A model generated the notes under the pieces. The model searched no databases. It was not told the DNA's origin and was given only the letters and a program-made list of their open reading frames with translations. A stretch of 64,000 nt of DNA from Octopus sinensis (lineage: Eukaryota). The DNA lies in the NCBI RefSeq assembly GCF_006345805.1, contig NC_043004.1:43710001-43774000 (forward strand), given 5' to 3'. Below are positions 52,656 through 64,000 of this stretch, one piece after another (position 1 is the first letter of the stretch; every line of letters starts with the position of its first letter). The position numbers were made by a program, and so were the translations under genes.

Positions 52656-52780
52656 TGTTGTGTCGACGCCCCCAGACGATGAAGTAGGCTAGCCCAATAC
52701 GTAGATATAGAGGGAGAAGTCTAGACGTCGAGGGTTGAGTAGAAGTCATCCGAACGTGCGATATAACAGTGGCAACGAGG
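52656..52780 (+). mobile_element. Short LTR (113 bp) followed by a PBS-like motif
   Basis: TGTTGTG...TATAACA then GTGGCAACGAGG; homologous to the solo LTR at 16348-16477. Confidence 0.7.
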
Positions 52781-53694
52781 ATTTCGTAGCTCACACAGCC
52801 ACTGTGTAGTATTGCGCTATAACACCTTACTACAAAATATAATGATTAGCTATGGAAATAACTCCAACAGGGCCAATGTTTCGTCTGTAAAATCGCAATG
52901 CGAAACATCTTCTTCTGACTGTTTCTCATTCCCTATGTGCCTTTACTAGAAATTTAAACACATATACACACAAAATATGAACTAATAAAATATTTACCAT
53001 CTACTGCTTATCGTATGATCAAATCATACAAATGCAAAACCTGGAAACAACACTTTGCAGGGAAGGAAAAAAAAACTTCTCGTTGCAGCGGAAGGAAAAC
53101 AAATAGAAACTTCATACGAATACATACATGTTTGATGGTGAATGTACTGACATTCTCTTTATTGACTAGATTCATAAAAACGCATTTCTGGACGATTATC
53201 TCAAATACTTTATGCACATGATTAGTTTCTAATATAAATATAATATTGCTACTTTGGATTTCAAGAAGAAAAAGAGAAAGAAAAACAATAAATTATTTTA
53301 AACGTGGCAGAGCAGCATAATATATTTCATTTCAACCTCGGGCGAAACATATTTTTTAAAAAGTGCTAGTAAGAAGGACAATAAAAATAAATGAAATAAT
53401 AATGATGATGATGATACAGTATTAGTAATAACACAACAATAATAGTAGTGGTAGTAGTGGTAGTAGTAGTAGTAGTAGTAGTAGTAGTAATAGTAAATTT
53501 AAGAAGAAGAAGAAGAAGAAGAAGCAGAAGAAGAAGAAGAAGAAGAAGAAGAAGAAGAAGAAGAAGAAGAAGAAGAATGTTCCAATAGAAAAGAGACTAC
53601 GTTCATCTAAATAATATGTACAATTGCTAGTGTGTATAATAATGCAGCAATAAGGACACACAATGAAACACTAACAAACGCACAAAGATACACG

Positions 53695-53763
<69 letters not shown>

Positions 53764-53882
53764 GCATGCAGAGAAAGAGAGAGGGAGAGAGAGAAGAAAA
53801 TAGACATGTATATAGACCGACATACATATATGCTTTTCTATAGGCATGTATCTATACATGTCTATGCATGTGTAAATATATG

Positions 53883-53915
<33 letters not shown>

Positions 53916-54899
53916 GTGTGTGTGTGTGCGTATCTCTATGTATATTTATATACATCCATATTTCCATGTGTGTACCACTGTCTGTGTGTCTGTGAGTGTG
54001 CGTGTGTTTGTGTGTGTGTGTGTGTGTGCTTGTGTGTGTCTGTGTGTGTCTGTATTGCAAATATTGTGTCTTCTTTCCAAATATACGCATTGTAAGCCAA
54101 TAGTATTATCAGCAATACGCAATTTCCTCGAGCACGTTTTCAAAAGCAATTACAACATTCACAACCAACAAAAGTAACCCCAAACAGAAAATGAATAATA
54201 ATGACGTTTACGATGATGATTATGATGATGACGATGATGGAGGTAGTAATAATAATAACAGCAACAACAATAATAACAAATATAATAACGATGATGATGA
54301 TGATGATACTGAAAGCAATAAGAAGAGGCCAAACAAACAAAAAAAAATGAACGTGTAGAAAAAAAAATAATACTAAAACCCAGATACCCAAGTATACAAA
54401 AAAAAATGTAATAAAAATATGCAAACGAAACAACGCATCAAAATTGCAAGAAATATACAAATAAATAAAAATCCACGTGTGATTAACGAAATAGTAATAT
54501 ATGTTGCAGGTGCATAGCTGAGAGGCAGGATAGCATCAGAGCTCATTTGTAGAGAAAGATAAGAACTTTAATCTAATTATGGAAAAGGAAGTAAAGGTTA
54601 TGAGAAAAATGGGATACTCAGTCAAAAATATTACATCGATATTGCTTTTATATTTTCTCGTGAAATATCACACGAGCGCCCAAGTAAACACACAGTCTCG
54701 TATTCTTATACACGTACACATTCACAAACGCACAGGTGTATGCATATTTAATCGTTCATGCATTTATACACAAATAAGTTGATGTGATGTTCACTAGCGT
54801 ATAGAAAAGCAATTCCATTGCATGAGGTACATGTCAATATGATACATATATGTATGTATGTATGCCTGTATATATCAGTATATATTTGTATGTATGTGC

Positions 54900-54963
<64 letters not shown>

Positions 54964-56163
54964 GCATGTATGTATAAATGAATATTCATGTCTCCGAGTG
55001 GTGGGTGTGAATTGATATATAAGTAAAAATGACTTACCAACACTCGTAGCAAAACTTATGCACACACACACACACACAGAGCCAAACACACACACACACA
55101 CACAAACATAAACATGCACACATAAACAGAAGGCATGGCAATATGATTTACAACGCATATCTATATGATTGCTGACGTAAATACGCTGTCCATTCTTGTG
55201 CACAAAATATAGTTGTAGTTGCAGGCTTAGGTAATTTGACTCGTCCTATTTTAATCCAAGTTTTTCACTCAAATAAAAAAAAATATTAAATTGAGGGATG
55301 TAGACATGACCGTCTCGTCCTGTGCTTTGACATCTTATATCTTGCGTAACACTATCCTATGAGAACGCATTCAAGACGGATTTGTATCATTCAAGTGATA
55401 CTTTGGCAATATTCAGCGTGTGGATAAAGCATATGAACTCTCTCACATGAACTCAAGTGTATTGGCTTTATAGTAATTAATATAAGACGATTAATTCGTT
55501 AGCGAGTTCATGATTGTTTTAAACGTACTGCACTTCATAAAAGTTTTCACACGCTGATGCAGACATATTCACACCCACATAAAACACGCGCGGACACATA
55601 AACACACACACACCTGTATGTATATGCTCGTATACATATAATCATCGAGAGAAGTGTATCGACTGAATAATCAGAGCATTGGGTAGATTGCCCTGCGATA
55701 ATCTTTCCGGACCTCCACCAATGAAATTCAATTACCGCAAATTAACATTTTACACGTTAGCTCTTAATAAATATCATAAAATTCCGTTACTGTGGTAGAA
55801 TGTTCTCATTTCTTAAATTTCTTTCTTAATATCTTGTTTTCCATACTTTCCTCTATCATTCTATCTCTCTCACTCTATCTTTCTCTCCCTCTCTCTGTCT
55901 CTCTCACTCATTACTTCTATCACCCTTTCTATCACTCTCTAACTTCCTCATTCTGTTTCTTGCAAAAATCGGTTTAGATCGAATCCGGAAAGGTACAGCC
56001 TCCACTATATTTAATAATGCTCATCACAGAGCGTATGTCATGGTGACTCTTTAAGAGGTGTGTGAGTGTGTGTGTACGAGCGTATGAATGTGTGCACGTA
56101 TTTTTCATATGCTAACGTTGCTATCATTAGCTTTTATATATTTCCAGTATATTTATATTAAGT

Positions 56164-56548
56164 ACTAGCAGTAACGCCCGGCGTTGCTCGGGTTGTAAGG
56201 GAAATAACTATATAAGCAATTTTAGAGAGTTATAGCCAAAAAATAGCAAAAAAATGCATTAAAAATTGAAAAAAAATTAAGGTAATTTTTTTTTAAATCG
56301 TTGATATTTTAAGAGAGTTACTTCCCTTATATAAAAGCGAAAAAAATGCATTAAAATGTAAAAATATGATGGTAAATTTTTTTTAAATCGTAGACTCATC
56401 GTAGACGCGCGCTAATACCCAGAAGAGCTCGATATGAATCACGACTATAAGATACCCGCTTTTGGTTAAACTGCACCGCAAAATGTGGGAGTAGTTACGA
56501 ATCTAAATCGTAGGAGACAGACACACAACTTCACTCTTATATAAAAAT
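56164..56548 (+). mobile_element. Helentron/HINE-like element, copy 2
   Basis: Highly similar to 5502-5905. Confidence 0.65.
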
Positions 56549-56559
56549 GCTTTTTTTTT

Positions 56560-56877
56560 TCAGTCATAGAGTTAGATTTATGAAGGTCTTCAGTAGAAAA
56601 TCCTTCGAATTCTGACTCGCTGCTTGATATAATGAAATTCGTATCAATTTTTTGTCAGAATTACAAATTTTGAAAACACAATAGGAACAAATTTCGGAAA
56701 AAAATCTCCCATAATTCACGGAATTAAAATTACACTTCGATTTTTGTACAAAACTGTATTTGAAGTGTTTACGAAGTATAATACGTGTTTTCACGAATGT
56801 ACTAAAGAGATTTACTCTGATATTCTCATTTAAATATGAATAGGTAAATTCGGGCGGTTTGGTAACGAAAGGGTTAA
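56560..56877. mobile_element. piggyBac-like MITE end
   Basis: Ends ...GGTAACGAAAGGG-TTAA (CCC/TTAA terminus typical of piggyBac); partner end not found. Confidence 0.5.
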
Positions 56878-57564
56878 ACGGATGCATACATAACTATATA
56901 TAAGTGTCGTCTGTTTATACATAAACACTGTTTCATACTTTCAGTGTAGTCTTCCTCAAATCACTCTGTCGCTATTTACTCTCTTCCAAGAACATTTTCA
57001 CTCACTCTTATCTCTTAGCTTGCCATACATTTTACTCATGTATCTATCAGCGTGATAGACAGAAACAAATATTACATCGCCATCGCATTCTATCGTCTAC
57101 CTGTCAACACACACACAGTGAATTAGTTTCAGTTTATTCGTTGCACACTGTGTGTGTGCGTTTGCGTGTGGTGTAAACCAGACTAAGAAAAGCATTTGAC
57201 ATACACACCAGAATGTGAGTTTTCTGTAAATTTTGCTTAATTGGAGTTTAAATTTTTAAAACTGGACCTGGCATGACCCGATGCATTCTACTCTTAATAA
57301 TGCTAGGTAAATTGTAATTGAAGAAATCCTATATTGTAGATTTCTATAAGTGACAAAGGGAGGCAGATAAAATCTGCCTTTTATAATAAGAGATGCATAA
57401 ATGTTTTGAAATTCTAACATGCCCTACCGTTTTTCAAAGGTAGAGAGAAGTCCTATTTCCTGGACGACAGACGGCCCCGCCTGCTTTGATACTTTAAACA
57501 CACATCTAGACACATCTTAACCAGACAATATAACTTTTCCCTCTATCCCTATAAGAAAATTAAC

Positions 57565-57991
57565 GGATCACTTCGGTTTGAACGGCATTTTATTCTAGCG
57601 GTGTCATATGAAATTGTCACCGATAATTATGACCCTAGTATCGATCTATTGCATTTCAATCTGTTTTAGGGTTAGGGTTAGTTAGGGTTAGGGTTAGTGG
57701 TGGTGGGAAGGGTATCGTTTTTCCTTCAGAAATGTAAATAAACCCAATCTGTTTCTTAAACGAGGGACATATTCATACGGCACAGAATGTTTTCAATAGA
57801 CGGTCAGTGATTGGTTGAAATTGCAGAAATTGAAGAAAGAAACAACAAATATCTCACAAACTATAGTATTTTCTCAATAAAGCCAAGAGAAAAAGATGTT
57901 TTATAAACACATTCTACCAGTATACGAAGTTTAAAAGTGTTTAGTTACGTGGAAATTATGTTAAAAACTGCCGTTCAAACCGAAAAGTTCC
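57565..57991. mobile_element. MITE with internal (TTAGGG)n, copy 2
   Basis: TIRs GGATCACTTCGGTTTGAACGGCA / TGCCGTTCAAACCGAAAAGTTCC; inverted homolog of 13353-13772. Confidence 0.8.
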
Positions 57992-58199
57992 AAATTAAGA
58001 ATAAATTTAACCCAAAACACATCAACTATAGACAGTATAATCACATTCAGAAATACCATAATCCAAGTCCACTACTCAGTCACCGCACAACAAGCATACT
58101 ACCACATCCAATTTCTCCACTCGAACCCAAATACAATACATATTTCCCACAACAATCTACCTACTACAAACATTTTTAAACGTAAATCAGAGACGGAGA

Positions 58200-60035
58200 C
58201 GTAAAGTGGAACAAAACATATATGAAAAACCGAAAGTAATCAACTTATCAAAGACAATCCTGATTAGTATACAAACTAATATTTTACAAACGGTCTGAAG
58301 TTTATAACAACCTCCTGCAGAACTAACCAGAAAGATGTCAAGGCCAACGTTATTGACTTTTACCGAAATTTACCTCTCAGAAGCACTTCATAACTACAAC
58401 AACGAAGATGATTCGATAGTGAAAAACAAAATCGAATACTTTCCATCTAAAGGTAGAAATAAATTACTTGATGACTTATGTGAACACATTACCAATTGTC
58501 CATTCAATGTCCTGCAAGGACAAAGAATTAAATCCAGCCTCAACATAAATGGATGGAAAAATTTAATCGAGTTACAAAACGATATAATCCTGACGATTAA
58601 ATAAGCCGATATAGGAAGTGCTGCAGATGTGATGTACACAGGGTACTATGAAACTTTAATACTATCCATTCTGGAAAACAATACCTACTATGAGAAGATA
58701 GAGAACTATAACGGACTGAAGGCACTAAAAAACTTGTTCTCAATAATTCAAATAGATGGAAATGGCCTCACGAGAAATGATATCGATTATGTATCCAATT
58801 TTAAATGCAAACCAAGTATCTTCTACTGCTTACCCAAAAATCAGAGAAGTCCAAAGATTAGTAAAGCTTGCAAGGAATCGTCAAGTCTAAGCATTAATGG
58901 TCTTTCCTCTGCTGACTTCAAACTAAGACCCATCAATGCTGTCCCACTTAAATCATTTTTGAAATATGCTAAAACATTCATCAGATATGATCTAGCCATT
59001 CTTAACCACCTCTTGAAAATAATAAATGAAGGGACCTTGTTAGTATCATTCGATGTGGGGAACTATTGCACCAATATTCCACACAATTATGGTATAGAAG
59101 CAGTCACCTTCTGGCTAGAAAATATCCGTAAGAGATCTCAGGATGCATCAGTCACAAGTTCATTTATCCTCCAGAATATCTATTTCATATTCGATAGAAT
59201 TAACTATCGATACAGGTGTGGAATTGCAATGGGGACTCGAGCTGCCCCAGTGATTGCGAACCTTGTAATGGGCTATTTAGAACTTAAAATATACAAAGCC
59301 TCATGAGAAAAATATGGTAGCTAATTTATTGCTATTTAAAGCAGAACTGGAAAAAGTACTTAGATGATTATTTTATACACTGGAACAATATTATGGACAA
59401 ACTCCTCGATTTCAAAATAATGATCAACAATGTCAATAGCAACATACAATGCACCATGTACAACAGCAATAGACAACTACCTTTTCTTGACATCCCAATT
59501 AAAATAGTCAATAACCACATTGAAACGGATATCTTATATAAAACCACAGATTCAAAACAATACCTATTATTCAACTCATGCCACCCAAAACACATAAAAA
59601 TGAATATACCTCATAATCTAGCGAAAAGAATCTGTACCATAGACTCTGATGCCAATAACCGTGAACTACGTCTTCGTGAACATAAATCAACATTAATCAG
59701 GGAATATAATCCCACATCATTAATAGACGATGGGATCAAACGAGCAAAGAATATAGACATACAAACATTAAGTGAAGTCAGACGAAATGTTACATCAGGT
59801 TTAAAATGATCCCTTACGCTGCCACTCACAACCCAAGAAACAATGAGGTATTCATTCAAAATCTGCCCATTCTCTCTAGAAATAAAGCAATGAACAAAAT
59901 TTTGGATTTACGCAACTTTGTCAAAAAGCAATATATAACCAAAATCATTGAAAAGACTGTTAACCGTCGCAAAACTATAATCCTTAACAACGGAACCAAA
60001 AGTGAAGAAATGTAGGCGTCCTAAATTTAGCACAT
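58200..60035 (+). pseudogene. Penelope-like element RT ORF, broken by several frameshifts and stops; GIY-YIG absent
   Basis: FYCLPK..PKI, LRPI, LVSFDVGNYCTNIPH, GIAMGTRAAPVIANLVMGYLE, KYLDD, LPFLD, YKTTDSKQYLLFNSCHPKHIKMNIP; ends in a Cys-rich linker before the SINE at 60133. Confidence 0.9.
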
Positions 60036-60132
60036 GCCCCCCCCCCTCCAACGTTTGGAGAGTTCAGAATTTTAATCTATGTTATTACCTGGTTAGGTTG
60101 CGGAAACTAGCAAATATATGTGTGTGTGTATG

Positions 60133-60348
60133 TCTTTATTGGGGTTAAACATAGAGGGGACAAACAAGGATAGACAAACGGCTTCAGTCGGTTACATCGA
60201 CCCCAGTGCATAGCTGGTGCTTATTTAATTGAACACGAAAGGATGAAAGGCAAAGTCGACCTCGGCGGAATTTGAACTCATAACGTAGCGCCAGATGAAA
60301 TACTGCTAAGCATTTCGCCCGGCGTGCTAACGCTTCTGCCAGCTCGCC
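60133..60348 (-). mobile_element. SINE family B
   Basis: Reverse complement of the 4129-4356 family. Confidence 0.85.
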
Positions 60349-60389
60349 GAAGACGGATATACCTCAGACGAACAGCAAAACTTCACAAC

Positions 60390-60625
<236 letters not shown>

Positions 60626-60859
60626 ATGAATAATGGACTTACAGCGCGTGGACGTATCTTCGCTGCTCTGACCTGTCAACAGCTGTAGACACAGAAACAC
60701 TAATACAACTCAACAGGTCAACTGAAAAATAACTCTAAAAGACTGGAATATCTACAATTTCCTGTGAGTATTTTGAATTTCCCTCAAAATAAGTTAAGGA
60801 ACTTACATATCTACAGCTTTCTAACACATAAACAATCAGCTTTAAAACCTTTGAATAAC

Positions 60860-61760
60860 TATCATTTTCTTTTCCCTCTGAGTATTCGAAAATGTAAACA
60901 TCCTCTTTATTCCAAGTACACTACAGTTTTCTCTTTATCTCCAGTAAATTTTGAAAACTTCATATCTACAATTTTTCTGTGAAATAAGTATATCTTCCTT
61001 TTCTCTTCAGTTTCTTCCCTGAATATTCGAAAATGTAAACATCCATTTTATTGTAAAAAAAAACACCAGTTTTCTCTGAACGGGCATACAAACGAACATC
61101 TCAAAAAATTTAGAAATTTTAATATCTAAAATTTTGTGTGAACATTTTGACTTTCCTTCTTCCCTGACTGACAGAATATGTAAACATGCCTTTTATTGTA
61201 ACAGCACACTTAAATGCACGATAAAAATTAAGGTAGTAAGTACCTCCCAATATATACATAATGCACAACTACAAAAATTGCAAACCACAGTAAAACTTTT
61301 TAAAAGAAACTGAAAATCCCAAAAGTAAAAGAAATTCAGAAATTCAAAAATCCAACAAGGTGAACATCTCTTTCTCCTACTATTCCCAATGACTAGAAAA
61401 TCTACGCTTTCCTGTTAATATTTTAAATCTGACACCAAATAAAATAAGTTAGTAAACTTACATACCTATAGTTTTCGAACGCAAAAACCATCAGCTATAA
61501 AAAAAGACCCTTTTATATCTACGACCACTCTATCCTTTCCTTTCTTCTTGAGTATTCGAAAATGTAAACATCGTCCTCTTTTGTATTCTAAGAACACTAC
61601 CATTTCTCTTTGTGCGGTCATACACAGGGCCATATTTAATAAATCTTAAAATGTACTATATACAATTTGTTCTCTTTTCTTTCTAACTCTTCCTGAGTAT
61701 TCTAAAACGGAAACATCCTTTTCATTGCAAAAGTCCTACAAAGGAACATCTCAAGAAAAC
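60860..61760. repeat. Degenerate tandem repeat, about 140-145-bp period
   Basis: CTGAGTATTCGAAAATGTAAACATCC-like motif near 60880, 61020, 61165, 61550, 61695. Confidence 0.7.
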
Positions 61761-61887
61761 CTAACAAACTTTAGTATATTACCCAAATACTTAAACACAC
61801 CTTGTATTGAAACAACAAAATTCAATTTAGAAATTCAAAAATTCAACGACGTGAATATTAATACACATGTGTATGAGTGTGTGTGTG

Positions 61888-61980
<93 letters not shown>

Positions 61981-62074
61981 TATATATATATATGCATATA
62001 TATATGCACACACGCACACATATATAAGTATGTATGTGTGCGTTTGTATATATATATATATATATATACATTCT

Positions 62075-62474
62075 CTCTTTTACTTGTTTCAGTCATTTGA
62101 CTGCGGACATGCTGGAGCACCGCCTTTAATCGAGCAACTCGACCCCAGGACTTATTCTTTTTGTAAGCCCAGTACTTATTCTATCGGTCTCTTTTGCCGA
62201 ACCTCTAAGTAACGGGGACATAAACACACCAGCATCGGTTGTCAAGCAATGCCAGGGGGACAAACACAGACACACAAACACACACACGCGTATATATATA
62301 CATATATACGACGGGCTTCTTTCAGTTTCCGTCTACCAAATCCACTCACAAGGCGTTGGTCGGCCCGAGGCTATAGTAGAAGACACTTGCCCAAGGTGCT
62401 ACGCAGTGTGACTGAACCCGGAACCATGTGGCTGGTAAACAGGCTACTTACCACACAGCCACTACTGCGCCTAT
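62075..62474 (-). mobile_element. tRNA-derived SINE (family A), full length
   Basis: Near-identical to 6811-7190. Confidence 0.9.
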
Positions 62475-62899
62475 ATATATATATATATTATAGTATTATA
62501 TAAATAATACTACAACTACTACTATTATGACAGCACAGGAATCTGAGAACCAACTATCACCCTCACCATTATCCCTACCCCTGCTACTGTTGCTGTTGCT
62601 GCAACCACTGCTGCTAACACACATAAACCAATAATATCAGTGATATCAATGATGATAATAATAATAACAGTGGAACGAAACGGGCGGAGCCTCCCCATAC
62701 GTTATTTTATGACACATCTAGTGATGGAGTCACAATAAAAACGCTGATAATTGCGCAACCTGATAATCGCTACCTCATATGAGTGACAATGAAAAAACAA
62801 AATAATGGTGGTAATGAAACAAAAGCCAATGATGGTAACAGTGTTACACCCGGTAGGCTCAGATATTCCGATCCGGATCCAGCCTCTCGATATCCAGAA

Positions 62900-63720
62900 A
62901 GAGACCACCACACAAGGCGTAAGTGAAGCAAGCAAATTAATGCTGTGTTCATGGAGTGTTACTACTTGAGCAACCCGGTAGATGAAAATAGTACTCAGAT
63001 TAGGTGTTACCGACAACGTATGTATTATCCTCAGAGAGAAATGGGATTGTTTCAACTCGTGGAACAGAGGCTATATGACCAAGCTAGAGCAATAAGAGAA
63101 AATTGTTGTTTCACGGAAGTAGAGCTCGAAGATATCAAAAGACGAGTCATGGAAAATTGCAGCAGAGATAACAAGGAAAATGCAATAGCACAGGAAAGGA
63201 ACTTTGGTAGTATACTTGATGAGAGACAAATAGATGATCTAAAAGAAGACAATGAAACTAATGGCGTCATGACAGATGAACAAAAGGCAATCTACGACAG
63301 AATAAAGGAAAGTCTACAGGAGAATGATAGCGACATTATTTGCCACCTTAAAAAGGTTGATCGATGGAAATTGAAACAAGAAACGAAAAATGTCAATGAA
63401 ATTCTGAAATACATCAAAACAAACAACATCACACAAACAAATAATTTGATCAAGGCAGCAAGTATTGTTGTAGCAGAAAACGTGGGTGTCGATGTCAAGA
63501 ATAAGAAACATAATGGGAATGGCAAGAGAAAATATCCATGGTGGAAAATAAGAATCCAAGCAGGGTTAGAACGCTTGTGAAGGAAATCTTTGAGTTACAC
63601 CGATCGAAAAAAGGGACCAAAAATTATTTGAGGATGATCCTTGGCTTACCATCCATGCAGGTAGTGCAAAAGATTGTCTGCACTGGTACGTCACACGTAT
63701 TAAGAAGAACATTGTCGTGA
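62900..63720 (+). pseudogene. R4/Dong-clade LINE N-terminal ORF fragment
   Basis: MECYYLSNP..RCYRQRM..EQRLYDQARAIREN..FTEVELEDIKRR and LKKVDR..NEILKYI..NITQTNNLIKAASIVVAE..YPWWKIRI; window ends in (CAA)n(TAA)n. Confidence 0.75.
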
Positions 63721-64000
63721 GAAAATTCTTTCTTTTTTCCACTTTATTTTCTTCGTTTTCTTTTCATTTTTTTTGTTTCCTTCTTTCCTTTTTCTCTCTG
63801 TCTTCCTTTCCCTTTTTTAATTATCACATGACTATAAATATGAATAATCTTGTGCATTTAATTTGATGGCCTACCAATGCATACAGTGAATTTCGTTTTT
63901 CAAGGTGTCAGGAAGACACTTGGTAAGAAATGGAAACAAAATTGAGAGACAACAACAACAGCAACAACAACAACAACAATAATAATAATAATAATAATAT

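Overview
AT-rich, microsatellite-dense eukaryotic DNA. The SINE families and repeat landscape look like Octopus (cephalopod); this is an inference. I can support no intact host protein-coding gene, so the window is probably intergenic or intronic. It is a retroelement/transposon graveyard: one nearly intact 5.4-kb Tx1/L1-type LINE sitting in (TC)n; decayed R4/Dong-type LINE pieces; three Penelope-like element (PLE) coding remnants; several mariner/Tc1/maT remnants; four tRNA-SINE families; Helentron-like and MITE copies; and a 130-bp solo LTR. The least expected items are: (i) at least six hand-foldable minimal type I hammerhead ribozymes, including a young non-coding 482-bp hammerhead monomer arranged as tandem plus fold-back copies (retrozyme-like, 33101-34438); and (ii) a full-length 5S rRNA copy fused to the 3' stem-loop tail shared by a CR1-type LINE and the local SINEs (SINE3-like chimera, 30943-31119). 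All calls come from reading and translating by eye; no searches were run.
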